From: a virus
Direction: 5' to 3' (one strand)
Virus record (IMG/VR): IMGVR_UViG_3300022562_001644
Coordinates: 27,959 to 91,958 of that record
DNA length: 64,000 bases
A program made the position numbers and the translations under genes. The notes below the pieces were generated by a model, which had not been told where the DNA came from, did not search any database, and saw only the letters and a list, made by a program, of their open reading frames with translations. The number at the start of each line of letters is the position of its first letter. Within the stretch, counting starts at the first letter, position 1. Of this stretch, positions 17,523-27,594 are shown in pieces.

Positions 17523-18239
17523 TTACGCCTGGAGATCTCGAACCGTGGCGAACCCGGCCGGCGAACCGCTGCCCAGGCTGGTCGCCATGGACTCGGGGTC
17601 ATCGCTGGTGCCCTGGCCGGCAGAGATGGTTTTGTTCGGCTTCAGCGAGTCTTTGTAGACTTGCTTCGGCGCCATGCCGGCGGTTTCGATCTTGCCGTCG
17701 TGGGCTTCGTTGCCAGCGAAGTTGGTTTCGACAGTCGGCAGACCGCGATCACCAAGAGCCGGGGTCGACGCCGCAGACGGCGATTCGGTCATCTGGTTCT
17801 CGTTGACATCGGTGTCCATGTTGCCGGCGAGCTTCTGGAACTCATCGAAGAAGCCGCGAGCCATGATGCGGCCAGCAGCGTCATACTCCGATGCGATCTT
17901 GATGATGTCCGGAGTCTCCTCCTGAACGTACTCATCGGCCTCGGCGTCGGCCAGAGCCTCAGCCATCTTGGCAAAGTCGACGTCTTCTTCGCCGTAGTAC
18001 TCTTCGCCGTAAGCTTGCGGGATGGCGGCGGCTTCTTTGACCACGCCATCGTGCTGATTGATTGCCATGTAGATGTCTTGCAGTGAGTGCATTTGTTCCC
18101 CTCCAGAGGCGAGCTTGGTTGTGCCGACACCATCGTCGGCAAAGTTACTATCCGAGACGAATTCGCCTCCGGAATCAAAGGTTTCATCGGCGGCCGCAGC
18201 CGAACCGAACTTCTCCATCAACTCATTGAGAGTGGCCAT
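17523..18239 (-). CDS. acidic scaffold-like protein
   Basis: SLQDIY..VKEA..IKIASEYDAAGRIMARGFFDEFQKLA; AAGGAA SD before ATG 18239. Confidence 0.65.
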   Translation of the reverse strand: MATLNELMEKFGSAAAADETFDSGGEFVSDSNFADDGVGTTKLASGGEQMHSLQDIYMAINQHDGVVKEAAAIPQAYGEEYYGEEDVDFAKMAEALADAEADEYVQEETPDIIKIASEYDAAGRIMARGFFDEFQKLAGNMDTDVNENQMTESPSAASTPALGDRGLPTVETNFAGNEAHDGKIETAGMAPKQVYKDSLKPNKTISAGQGTSDDPESMATSLGSGSPAGFATVRDLQA

Positions 18240-20175
18240 GAGTGGTTCCTTTCTTTTTCTGCGCGAGCCGCTTGATTGCTTTGAAAATGGCTGCGTCGAT
18301 GGCTGCGCCAGCCAGTACAGCCGGCATGAGCTTTGAGGATGATCCCACCGCATACAGCGCCATGTCTCCCATTGCGCTGCTGTGCTTCGTGAGGTTTTTC
18401 ATCCCTTTCATCACCTGAGGTGCCAAGGCAAACGAGGCGAGTCCGGCAATATCTGGACGCATCGCTACGAAGCGATCGAATGCGTTCAGTTTTGCTCCCT
18501 GTCTCCATCGTTTTTGTTGGACGCCTGAGTAAATGTAAGCGAGGGGAATGAGGCCAATACGGGCCAATGGGTTCACCCCTGCAGTCTTGGAATGATGGTA
18601 GGCGGATGATTTCTTACCGTCAAGCCCGCGTCCTGTGCCGTTAGGACTTAATGGCATGGGCCTGTCTTGGGCGTCAAAGCCAACTGTAGCCCCGATTCCA
18701 GCACCGATTAGAATCGGAAGCAGCCACGGGTGCTTCGCCAGAGCCTTGATTGGGGCCGGTCCTTTGGTCACAAGCCCCGGGAAAGCCCTGCGGAAAACCA
18801 AGAATCCACCGGCCAGAGCCATGCTTGCTGGAAGCATTCCTCTCGTGCCCGACGAGGCCCGCAACCCCTCTTCGGTCATCGGATACCACTGGTTGCCCCT
18901 ATCGTATCCGTCGAAGTCAGCTTTCTTCTCCATGTCTTGGAGGCGCCCGAGAAGAATTTCTGGGTAGCAGGACCGGTCAGCGACATAGGGTCGAAGCATC
19001 ATCGCCACCTTTTCGCTGACGTCATCTTCCCCAAGCTGCGCAAATTCACTTGACCAGGATGGTGGCGTCGAGCTCGGTCTGGTCTCATCGAAAACCAGGC
19101 GATTCCGCTCGAGCTGGTCGGCGAGCTTCACATGCCCCTGCTTGATTAGGATGATTCGCTGGAATTCCTGCGGTCGAAGATCGATACCAAGAGCGGCGAT
19201 AGTGCCAAGAATTTTCCGCAGAGGGAATCCGTTGGACAGTCGGTCGAGAAGTTCGGGCGGCAGCGGTCGCTCCATCCCTTTGACCGTGCCAGCGTCCTCC
19301 ATAAAGGAGTTCAGCTTGGCCTTGTCCTCGGGGGTGGCCCCTTCAATGTTCGCCGCCGGCTGCGAAGGAACATCTTTCTCGATCTCGGCCCGCTTGTCCT
19401 GGGCGGCCCGCTTATCTTCTGCAGACAGCTTGGAGTAGAAGACTTCCCCGAGTTCCGCTGACGGACGCACCTCATATGGGCGCTGAGTGTAAGCCACCTT
19501 CTTGAGGACATGGCTAGCCTTCTCGGCGCCAATGGTGACGAAGCTGATGTCGAAAAACTTCGGAAGCCTGTTGTAGGCAAAGACCCTGCGACCATCCTGC
19601 AAGATCTTGTTCATTTGGTAGCGCAGATGCGTGCAGTACTCACCACGGTTCCGTGCGCGGTTTTTACAGATGGAGCATTCGTCCCACGGGACCTTGCAGC
19701 CCATCGAGACATCCCAGTAGTGGTTCTTTGCCAGGTCGCCAAGAATATCCTGACACTTCATGTCGTCGACGATGACGATGAGAAGAACCCGGTGCATGTT
19801 GGGGTCGTAGGCAGATAGCTTGACCTTCTCCCCGTATGCGCGCGCTGGGTCTTTGTTGACATGGTGCTTGTACGGGTAGGCGTAATGCATGAACGTCTCG
19901 TACCCGTAGTCGGCACCTTTGTGGCGGAGGGCTTCTTCGGGGAAGTAGTCTCCGTTGACGTTCGATCCGTAGTACTCGCCAGCCCCCATCGCATCGATGA
20001 GGAGCTGCGTCTTCCCGGGGATGGGCTTGGCCGACCGGATGTAGTTTTCCATCTCCGGTGGCAGCGGACGAGCCATCTTGATATGGCCGATGGTCTTGTT
20101 GACGTCGGCCTCGATGGGAAAGATGTGGGGTCCGGTAGCGTTGTCGTACCCCGCAAATGTGACAAGCTTGTACAT
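18223..20175 (-). CDS. prohead (maturation) protease with C-terminal extension
   Basis: NVNGDYF..HH.NKD..VSMGC..CSIC..C.H..FFDISFV..GA pattern of HK97-type prohead proteases; head-cluster position. Confidence 0.75.
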   Translation of the reverse strand: MYKLVTFAGYDNATGPHIFPIEADVNKTIGHIKMARPLPPEMENYIRSAKPIPGKTQLLIDAMGAGEYYGSNVNGDYFPEEALRHKGADYGYETFMHYAYPYKHHVNKDPARAYGEKVKLSAYDPNMHRVLLIVIVDDMKCQDILGDLAKNHYWDVSMGCKVPWDECSICKNRARNRGEYCTHLRYQMNKILQDGRRVFAYNRLPKFFDISFVTIGAEKASHVLKKVAYTQRPYEVRPSAELGEVFYSKLSAEDKRAAQDKRAEIEKDVPSQPAANIEGATPEDKAKLNSFMEDAGTVKGMERPLPPELLDRLSNGFPLRKILGTIAALGIDLRPQEFQRIILIKQGHVKLADQLERNRLVFDETRPSSTPPSWSSEFAQLGEDDVSEKVAMMLRPYVADRSCYPEILLGRLQDMEKKADFDGYDRGNQWYPMTEEGLRASSGTRGMLPASMALAGGFLVFRRAFPGLVTKGPAPIKALAKHPWLLPILIGAGIGATVGFDAQDRPMPLSPNGTGRGLDGKKSSAYHHSKTAGVNPLARIGLIPLAYIYSGVQQKRWRQGAKLNAFDRFVAMRPDIAGLASFALAPQVMKGMKNLTKHSSAMGDMALYAVGSSSKLMPAVLAGAAIDAAIFKAIKRLAQKKKGTTHGHSQ

Positions 20176-20816
20176 TAGGTTGGCGGCTTAAAGGTCGTAT
20201 TGCTGAGCGCGTTGCGTATCCTTGGAGCCGGCACAGGAGCACTGGCTACACTTCTCTGCGCTTGAGGCTGGAAGCTGGGGGTGAAGGACCCTTTTGGAGT
20301 GCCAGATGGGTTTAGCGCCCTCATAACGCCTCCGGCGAGCTGCTTTGCTTTGCCTACCTGCTTGCTGCCCTCAGCCTTCTGGTAGGCGTCCCAGCTCTTC
20401 TTCTTCTCAAGCCTGACCGCTCTTTCCTGATTCGTCTCCCAGGCCGGCCTATCGTACTTGGCCGCCGCGCCGCCCTTGCCCCTGTTACCAGAACCGCGCT
20501 GTTTGGACGCAGCCGGTGCTGATTCGGGCGATGAGTCGAACTTGATTCCAGGGGCTGGCCGATACTGCGCTGGTTGTTCGGTGGGCCTGTAGGCACCAGG
20601 GCTAACCCTCGAAACATTGACCGCCGGCTTCCCAAGAGGGCCAACCTCTGCCGGCTTTGGAGCCGGAGGGGATTTGGGCGCACCGCCCCCTGCCGGCTTT
20701 GAGGCCGGAGGGGGCTTGGGCTGGCTCGCCCGAAACGTACTTTGCTGCTCAAGTGGGGCCTGTGCGACCCCAAGCTTGAGCAGTTCAGTAGCGAATCCGT
20801 GCAGGAAGTGGTTCAC
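20175..20816 (-). CDS. Pro-rich tagged cargo protein
   Basis: Starts MNHFLHGFATELLKLG (GTG start); disordered body. Confidence 0.65.
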   Translation of the reverse strand: MNHFLHGFATELLKLGVAQAPLEQQSTFRASQPKPPPASKPAGGGAPKSPPAPKPAEVGPLGKPAVNVSRVSPGAYRPTEQPAQYRPAPGIKFDSSPESAPAASKQRGSGNRGKGGAAAKYDRPAWETNQERAVRLEKKKSWDAYQKAEGSKQVGKAKQLAGGVMRALNPSGTPKGSFTPSFQPQAQRSVASAPVPAPRIRNALSNTTFKPPT

Positions 20817-20828
20817 GGTCAGTCAGTC

Positions 20829-21254
20829 TCAGCCCCGCTTCGGCACAGTGCCAGTTGCTCGAGAGTGAGTAACCGATTGCGAAGCTCCAAGGTCATTTTG
20901 GGGCTTCGGGGTAGAAGCCTTCCTGGATCCAGGCATACTAGAATAGCCAGTGTTCGATGACTTGGTGTTCCCACCAGTCATTTTCGACATTGGCCAGTTT
21001 GCCTTAGTCTGCGATGGACCTCCAGACAACTTCTGGCCGGCTACACTGTACTCGTTGTTCTTGTTAAGTTGAACGACGCCGCCCGTGAGATTCGGCGCAG
21101 CAAGCTTGCTGAGCTCATCGGCGAAACCGCGAGCCATGATGCGACCGGCGGCATCTTCTTCTTCGGCTTGCTTCCACATTTCAGCCGCTTGCTTTTCGAG
21201 CTCCTCGTCCAAGGGGACGATTTGCTGGTTGTACAGATCTGTAAGACTATCCAT
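20829..21254 (-). CDS. tagged head protein
   Basis: SLTDLY..EKQA..DAAGRIMARGFADELSKLAA. Confidence 0.7.
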   Translation of the reverse strand: MDSLTDLYNQQIVPLDEELEKQAAEMWKQAEEEDAAGRIMARGFADELSKLAAPNLTGGVVQLNKNNEYSVAGQKLSGGPSQTKANWPMSKMTGGNTKSSNTGYSSMPGSRKASTPKPQNDLGASQSVTHSRATGTVPKRG

Positions 21255-21280
21255 TTTCCTGCTCCTTGGTTATTGCGGGC

Positions 21281-22366
21281 TTAATCCCCGGCGACCAGTT
21301 TCTTAAGCCCGCCGAACGTTCTTCCGGCGAGACTGGGTTGTGGTTTGCGTCCAACTTTGGCCAAACGGCCAAGACCTTTCATGCCCGCGCGTCCGAGAAG
21401 GAAGGCGCCGAGACCCACGGCGAGTTTGCTCTTGGATGCATCCTCAAGCAACTTTCCACCCCTATCCACAATCTCACGACCACCTTCTTCGCCCGTTCTC
21501 ACGATGTTGCGTCCGAGCTCCTCGAGGGAGACAGCAGACTTTTCCATCCCTCGGTTGTACGAGGTCCCAAGGAATCGCTGCGGCGCCGCAGGGGCGGAAG
21601 CATGCTTGCCCATCTGATGACCCGAGCCCTTGCCCATACGCATGCGACCGCCTTCGACCAGGCCGTGACCCGTGCCGGTGTAGGCCGGTCCCTTGGCAGT
21701 GGTGCTGTGGAAGCGTTCGCCGCCAGCCTCGAGGGCCTCGGGTTGCTCGTATGATGGGCGATGGAATCCGGTCGGCAGACCGTCGCTCTCCATCACGTCA
21801 ATGTCGCTTGGAGTGGCAGCCGCGGACTTCTCTTCACTGTCTTCACCCTCTTCACCCTCTTCGGCCTTGCGTTCTTTGCCGCCGGCGGCATTGGCAAGGA
21901 GGTCTTGGAGACGATCCGTGTCGTTCTCCTTCTTCTCGGACTCCTTGCTTTTCACGCCCTCGCCAGAGCCGTACATGCCGCCACCCTTGCTGCCGGGCTG
22001 AATCATGACGTTCCGGCCCACCGACTGACCGCTCAGCATGCCATCATTGGGAGGCGAGACATTCATTCCTCCGCCGGCCGGAGTACTCGCTGCTTGCGCG
22101 CTCTTCTCGTGGAAGTTTGCGTCATCCCGGCCTGGCATGTCACGAAAGAACCGACCAGCCTGAGGACGAGCCATCTTCTCGAAGAACAAGCCTTCGGATG
22201 CTTTCTTTTCTCGCATGGGGGGTAGGTTCTTTCTCTTGGGGTTTACCTGAGGGTTCTTCTTCTCGGGAAGATTTTTGAAGCTCTTCGTCTCGTCAGCCCA
22301 CTCTTTGGCCTTACTGGGATTGGTGGCGAACATCCACCTTTGCTGGGCTTTGGACTTGAAGGGCAT
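21281..22366 (-). CDS. processed cargo protein
   Basis: MPFKSKAQQRWMFA start; repeated EKKA/EKMA/EKSA; C-terminal hydrophobic helix. Confidence 0.7.
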   Translation of the reverse strand: MPFKSKAQQRWMFATNPSKAKEWADETKSFKNLPEKKNPQVNPKRKNLPPMREKKASEGLFFEKMARPQAGRFFRDMPGRDDANFHEKSAQAASTPAGGGMNVSPPNDGMLSGQSVGRNVMIQPGSKGGGMYGSGEGVKSKESEKKENDTDRLQDLLANAAGGKERKAEEGEEGEDSEEKSAAATPSDIDVMESDGLPTGFHRPSYEQPEALEAGGERFHSTTAKGPAYTGTGHGLVEGGRMRMGKGSGHQMGKHASAPAAPQRFLGTSYNRGMEKSAVSLEELGRNIVRTGEEGGREIVDRGGKLLEDASKSKLAVGLGAFLLGRAGMKGLGRLAKVGRKPQPSLAGRTFGGLKKLVAGD

Positions 22367-23200
22367 TTACTTCCCCGATGCGGCCTGTCGGCGATGCTGC
22401 ATGAGAGCTCGATGGTAAGCAAGAACACCTTCGCGGCGACCGATCATGCGAGCCTGCTGGGCCACGTCCATGACATCTTTGCTGCCGCTCTCGTAGCCGG
22501 ACTTTCTGCCTCTGCGCCGACCGACCTCAGCGCCAGCGGCTCCGGTTGCGCCAGCCACGAGAAGGCCTTTGCCAACACTCATCTTGCCTGGAGTTCGACC
22601 TTGGGCAGCTCGACGCCCGACCATTTGAGCAAGGCGGCCCATCGATGGGCGAGCCATCTTGACCAGTTCGTCACCGAAGCCACTAATAAAATTCATCGCT
22701 ACTTTCTCCCTTTGAGCTCGATCGAGAAGATCCTGCATGAACTGCGCCTTGCGTGGAACCACTTCTTTGGTTTTTTCGTTGTGAATGAAGAACTCAGAGA
22801 AGGTGTCGCAGAAATCTTCCTCTGGGCTTGTTTTCGCATAATCGTCGACAAATCCATCGCCCTTTGTTGACTCAGACCATTCTAAAACAAGGGAAGGGTC
22901 GTGTTTGAGGATGGCGTGAGCGAGCTCATGATAGACAGATCGGCGAAACTGTTCAGGATCAATCTTCCCGTCATGATACACGCCCTTGTCGAATACAACA
23001 ATTGCGCCGAGCTTCGGCTCGTACTTTGAATGCCCCGGAGCCTCGGGGGGTGCATTTATGAGGACCGGCCGCCTGATGATGCTTTTGATATGGGGGTTTT
23101 GCTCGAGCCATGCCGACGGCAATGGTTTGAGCATCGCCAAGAGATGGCGAGCCTCCTGGGGCGACCATTTGCCCTCGAGCTCGACGCCGCGAATTCTCAT
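22367..23200 (-). CDS. zinc metallopeptidase-like protein fused to tagged membrane domain
   Basis: YHELAH...YAKTSPEEDFCDTF (lethal-factor-like zincin pattern), then EKVA-MNFISGFGDELVKMA. Confidence 0.7.
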   Translation of the reverse strand: MRIRGVELEGKWSPQEARHLLAMLKPLPSAWLEQNPHIKSIIRRPVLINAPPEAPGHSKYEPKLGAIVVFDKGVYHDGKIDPEQFRRSVYHELAHAILKHDPSLVLEWSESTKGDGFVDDYAKTSPEEDFCDTFSEFFIHNEKTKEVVPRKAQFMQDLLDRAQREKVAMNFISGFGDELVKMARPSMGRLAQMVGRRAAQGRTPGKMSVGKGLLVAGATGAAGAEVGRRRGRKSGYESGSKDVMDVAQQARMIGRREGVLAYHRALMQHRRQAASGK

Positions 23201-24807
23201 AGGACACGCGCGAGGTCCGAATACATCTTGGCAAGCACGCCGCCAGAAAGAGCAGCGCCAGCTGCGACCAGTCCAGCAAAGCGAAGAGGATGGCGCTCAC
23301 GCCACTCGTCGTTGGTGCGGCTGTGAACCAGAGCAAGACCTTCGTCTGAGCCCGATTGAGTTCTGCGAACGTCCGCTGGGTCCATCCGCTTCCGAACCTC
23401 CTTGCCGCTTTCTGTACCGTAAAGATACAGACCGGCGAGGGTCGCAGGCACGGCAGAGATCATCGCGCCCTGGATAAATGTTGGATCGGTGCCAACTTCT
23501 TTGGCGGCCTGAGTGACCCGGTGCAGAACCTCGCGGTTGTTGATCATGTCCTTGGACTGCTGGGCGATTTGCTTCCCAAGGAAGGCTGCGTCTCTCCCCG
23601 CCGATCTGATGCCTCGAGCGGCTTGCCCGATGAGATCTACTGGATTCATAGACCTAGCAAGGTCAGAGATGGCACCGCTGGTTTTCTCCAGGTCTTGCAG
23701 CTTCTGGGCAATCAAGTCTTCGGTCTCACCCTTCTCCTCCCTTGCCTCCCGCATGTACTTGCGAGCAAGCGAGAGCCCAACGATCGTAGGGATGGCACCG
23801 AGAACGTAGGTTCCCCACCCTGCACCAAGACGCTTGAGGGATTTCAGCGCAGCCGCACGCCCTTCTGTCTCCTTGATGTGCTGAAGTGCGAGGACCGACG
23901 CCTTAGCCTCCGGGTAGAGAGTCGTTGCAGCAATCGTGGCCCCGGCAATCTCCGGGGCATGCCTTTGCATGAACTCAATGGCCTTGTCGTCGATGGTTCC
24001 CGGGAGAAGCTCTTTGATTCGATCACCGGCAATGAGCGCGGTGGGCAGAGCAATCTGCGCACTTCTGCGAAGCAATGGCTCCAGGTTTGCGCGAACCTTG
24101 CCAATCCGACCCTTGGTATAGTCGGCTGCGTGGCCGAGTTCGTGTAGCGCGAGCTCCTTGCTGACATCGGGGAGGTAGACGCGCTTTGTTGCGAGCTCGT
24201 ATCGAGGACCAAGCATCCAGTTGAGTGGTCCCTGCTTTAGGTTTGTGGTGACACCCTTTTGAGCCAGGTTGTGCTTGTCGATGAATGAGTCGACGGTGTC
24301 CGTGATCTTGCTAACGGTACCCAGCACATTTATCCGCTTCTCCCCCAGAGGATGTTTCCAGGTGTGCTTGTACTCTGGGTTTTCTGCGAAGCGAGCGAAG
24401 GCTTCGTCGGTCTCCTTCAATACAGCCTCCGGAATGCCAGGTATCCGAGCCTTCACATCAAAGAGACCAAGCAAGCGAGCTTTCGGATCCTTCGCACCGT
24501 AGTTGAGATCACCCAGCCGTTTCAGATCGGACGCCTGGGTCTGCCTGATGATTGTTGCGAACGGAGACTCCTTATCACCCTTCATCATTGCGTTGCGGAG
24601 GGCCACGTTGCCAAGGAAGCTGGCGACCCCGCCAACGGTGGAGCCGCCGACGGCGAGTATTCCTGCCATGGCTCGTTCCCCTGGATCAATACTTTGTGGA
24701 TCCGGGTCGCGAGTGAAAGGCTTCTGCTCAATATCTTGAGCGGTATCTACCGCAGACTCTGTCGCGGTCTTCTCGTTCAAGAAGAATGTAAGGGGATCCC
24801 TGCTCAC
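23197..24807 (-). CDS. membrane-associated HExxH metallopeptidase-like virion protein
   Basis: LHELGHA...EAKAS; several Gly/Ala-rich TM segments; EKTA near the N-terminus. Confidence 0.65.
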   Translation of the reverse strand: MSRDPLTFFLNEKTATESAVDTAQDIEQKPFTRDPDPQSIDPGERAMAGILAVGGSTVGGVASFLGNVALRNAMMKGDKESPFATIIRQTQASDLKRLGDLNYGAKDPKARLLGLFDVKARIPGIPEAVLKETDEAFARFAENPEYKHTWKHPLGEKRINVLGTVSKITDTVDSFIDKHNLAQKGVTTNLKQGPLNWMLGPRYELATKRVYLPDVSKELALHELGHAADYTKGRIGKVRANLEPLLRRSAQIALPTALIAGDRIKELLPGTIDDKAIEFMQRHAPEIAGATIAATTLYPEAKASVLALQHIKETEGRAAALKSLKRLGAGWGTYVLGAIPTIVGLSLARKYMREAREEKGETEDLIAQKLQDLEKTSGAISDLARSMNPVDLIGQAARGIRSAGRDAAFLGKQIAQQSKDMINNREVLHRVTQAAKEVGTDPTFIQGAMISAVPATLAGLYLYGTESGKEVRKRMDPADVRRTQSGSDEGLALVHSRTNDEWRERHPLRFAGLVAAGAALSGGVLAKMYSDLARVL

Positions 24808-24816
24808 GGGGTTCCC

Positions 24817-25509
24817 CTACATCATGAGAGCTTTGGCCGCAAATTCGCCAGCCTTGAGCGGAGCCATTTTCATGGGACCCCGATCTTCCCTCGCTTCATC
24901 AATCCTGCTTTGGGTCTCAGCGAGGTTCTTGATGTCGGCCGGCTGAATTTGGCCAAGCTGGGCGGTGGACGTCACCCAGGTTCCGGCCACGGTTGGATCG
25001 GCTGCAAGGGATGGGGCATACCTCGCGAGGACGCCGAAGTGACGGCGGACGCGACCTGGATCGTCCTCCTCGAGCTCCTTCAGAACCGGATGCTCTTTGA
25101 ACATCTGTTTGTAGGACATGTCGATCTCAGTCTTGAGCTTTTTGTCTCGGCTGTGACGCATAAGCCCGCCGATGCCAGCGGTGGCTCCAGCCGTCATGCC
25201 AGCCAGCGCCATCATCTTGCCAAGATTGGCTGCGACATCAGACCAGCCAGCGGTCTCTGGCGGATCGCCCTTGATCGGAGGAGGTGGAGTCCTTCCACCA
25301 ACCTTGAGCTTTTCAAAGAACCCACCAAGCCCACCGGAGGGCTCTTTTCTCGGAAGGCCTCGCATCGACTGAAACAGTCGGCTTGCGTATTTCCCCATCT
25401 CTTTTTTGATGAGGCGTTCACGTTGCTGGAGGACTTCGGCGGCAGCCTCCTTGGACATAAGGCCACGGCGTTGACACTCAGCGATCATTTGCAGCGATGA
25501 CTTGGGCAT
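24817..25509 (-). CDS. membrane-associated virion protein
   Basis: SKEA site; ALAGMTAGATAGIGG hydrophobic helix. Confidence 0.65.
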   Translation of the reverse strand: MPKSSLQMIAECQRRGLMSKEAAAEVLQQRERLIKKEMGKYASRLFQSMRGLPRKEPSGGLGGFFEKLKVGGRTPPPPIKGDPPETAGWSDVAANLGKMMALAGMTAGATAGIGGLMRHSRDKKLKTEIDMSYKQMFKEHPVLKELEEDDPGRVRRHFGVLARYAPSLAADPTVAGTWVTSTAQLGQIQPADIKNLAETQSRIDEAREDRGPMKMAPLKAGEFAAKALMM

Positions 25510-25511
25510 GA

Positions 25512-25847
25512 CTATCTCCGAAAGGCCTCTTCTTTGTATTTACCATGGATGCGCTCGAGCTCGCGCTCAGTCGGCTTGTTCTTCATAAGCCGATTGAAAT
25601 TCGTTGTCGCCGCTGGACTGACGTAGGCCTGCCTGGCTATCGGGTCGTATCCGGCATGAAGGTAGCTCTCAGCCTGCTCGCCGGATCTTCCACGCTTGTA
25701 TCCCTGCCTTGCCGCAAGGGCTGTTCCGCCGACGGTCATCCCCAACCCGAGGGAATGAAGGGGGTGTTTTACAGCAAGGCCCAGAAGCTTTTTTGCAATA
25801 GCTGTCTTGACGAGCTCGTCACCAAACCCTGCAAGAAAATGGTTCAT
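25512..25847 (-). CDS. small tagged membrane cargo protein
   Basis: Starts MNHFLAGFGDELVKTA; GLGMTVGGTALAA segment. Confidence 0.7.
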   Translation of the reverse strand: MNHFLAGFGDELVKTAIAKKLLGLAVKHPLHSLGLGMTVGGTALAARQGYKRGRSGEQAESYLHAGYDPIARQAYVSPAATTNFNRLMKNKPTERELERIHGKYKEEAFRR

Positions 25848-26794
25848 GACAGCTCGCGGAGCCTCTGGTGGTAAACCTTCACCTCGTCATCGATACGCAG
25901 AAGGTTGTGGAGACCGTTCTTGATCTCGCCGGTCTTGCGCTGAACGGTATCCAACGAGATGAGGACGGGGTGAGCACCATTGATGACGGTGACGTTCCCC
26001 ATGTCATCACTGATGTAGTCCTCCGGGGCCTTTGAGATCGCCATCTTTTCCAGTCTAAGACGGGCGCTTCCGTGAACCTCCTTGAGGAGGCGTTCCTCGA
26101 AACGTGGAAGATATTCTTCGGCGACCTTGTGCAATCCAGACCCCGACGCAGCTTCGTAAATCTGCCTGAAGGTGGCACCACCGAGAACAGCTTGTTTCAC
26201 AGTGGCATAGGCACTCTTCTCAAGCGATTCAAGCTCCATGCCTTTGTAAAGAACCTTGTCCTCGGCGTCCTGGCGTTCGGCGGCCTTTTTCTGGAGGATG
26301 ATGATGATGCGCTTCTTTTCACCGTCCTCGTGAAGACCATTGTGCACGGCGGCGGGATCTGCGCCCATCATTGAGATGGTCGACGGGCCGGACAGGGGGA
26401 TACCCTTCGGCGGACCAGCGTAGTCGGAGTCTGACATCGGAGGACAGCTGACCATCGGACTCTCTGGATCGTCGGAGTCAAGCGGCTTCTTTCCGACAAC
26501 CTGAACAACGGTCTTGGCATCTGCCAGAGGGAATGCAATGGACTCCTTCTGGGCGGTCTTTGACCAAAGAGCTCGATGAGTGGCAATGTTGGCCATCTCA
26601 CAGATGCGCTCGATCTGGTTTGCGTTCAGATCGTTTTCTTCGGCGATCTTCTGAATCGTGGAGTTGAGCGGAACTCGTTCTTCGAGATATCGCTTGGCTG
26701 CAGTTTTGGCCAGAAGCTCGAGGCGATCGGCCGCAACCTTGATATGTCGACTGCTCGGTTCGGAAAGCAGGTAGTTAAAGTGGCTCATGGACAT
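25844..26794 (-). CDS. processed head protein
   Basis: Many K-x-A sites (IKVA, AKTA, SKTA, EKSA, EKMA); helical. Confidence 0.7.
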   Translation of the reverse strand: MSMSHFNYLLSEPSSRHIKVAADRLELLAKTAAKRYLEERVPLNSTIQKIAEENDLNANQIERICEMANIATHRALWSKTAQKESIAFPLADAKTVVQVVGKKPLDSDDPESPMVSCPPMSDSDYAGPPKGIPLSGPSTISMMGADPAAVHNGLHEDGEKKRIIIILQKKAAERQDAEDKVLYKGMELESLEKSAYATVKQAVLGGATFRQIYEAASGSGLHKVAEEYLPRFEERLLKEVHGSARLRLEKMAISKAPEDYISDDMGNVTVINGAHPVLISLDTVQRKTGEIKNGLHNLLRIDDEVKVYHQRLRELS

Positions 26795-26883
26795 CCAGGA
26801 TCCTCGCTTCTTGGTTCTACTCGAAGGTATAAGGATAGAGTATCAGGGTCAAGAAAGCGGAAATACAGTCAAAGGAGAAGCAA

Positions 26884-27555
26884 ATGAAATTTTGTCCTCA
26901 TTGTGGAGGAGACCTCACATCATACATGGCAGCCGAGCAAGGCAACTCGGCTGTCCTGAGGCCCCCAAACCGTGAGAAGTACGACCAGGACAAGACCTGG
27001 CGTCAGCTCATCATGGATGCCGAGGCCCTCAAGGGGTCACCCCCCACCCCCATGGAGCTCGTCGGCAAAGCGGTCGACAGGGTTCGAGGGGCATTTTCGG
27101 GCACGAAGGAGGGTGACTCCGTTGGCACGATTGTTCATATCGCGACAGATCGCAATATCCAGCCCCAGGGCGGAGTCCTGCATCGAGCGACCCTCCTGGA
27201 GGGGAGAGTGCAAGACGACATCAGCAAGATGGAGCGGATGGGCTATGCCGTTCAGGACGGGAAGGTGGTGGTCGTCAACGATATCCCGGTTGGACGCGGT
27301 TACGTCGCAATCAATTACTGGGGAGGGGAAAAGCAGTATCGCCGCTGGCACATGTCGAAACCGGTCACCATAAACCCATCGAGGAACGGCAACCCCTTCT
27401 TCATGGACGAGAACATGATCGCATTCGGAGTATCGTGGAAAGACCCAAGCAAGATGGAGGAGGCGCTTCTCGAGCTCTGCGAGATCCTGGCCGAGGGCGT
27501 TCATAAAGAGCGGACCATCGGCATACCGCTAGCCATGGAGCTTGTCTGGCAATAG
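26884..27555 (+). CDS. hypothetical protein with N-terminal Zn ribbon knuckle
   Basis: MKFCPHCG; AAGGAG SD; GGTATAAG motif variant at 26826-26833. Confidence 0.75.
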   Translation: MKFCPHCGGDLTSYMAAEQGNSAVLRPPNREKYDQDKTWRQLIMDAEALKGSPPTPMELVGKAVDRVRGAFSGTKEGDSVGTIVHIATDRNIQPQGGVLHRATLLEGRVQDDISKMERMGYAVQDGKVVVVNDIPVGRGYVAINYWGGEKQYRRWHMSKPVTINPSRNGNPFFMDENMIAFGVSWKDPSKMEEALLELCEILAEGVHKERTIGIPLAMELVWQ

Positions 27556-27564
27556 TCGGTTCCT

Positions 27565-27581
27565 GGCATAAGAAGGATGAA
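27565..27581 (+). promoter_or_regulatory. putative phage-RNAP promoter
   Basis: GGCATAAG-AAGGA-TGAA. Confidence 0.7.
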
Positions 27582-27594
27582 AGGAGAACTTCTT

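Noticed and set aside
24352-25500. 382-aa + strand ORF (also 8579..9460, 14060..14758, 16537..17466, 23356..24147)
   Set aside because: All lie antisense to well-supported - strand genes; expected in high-GC coding DNA.
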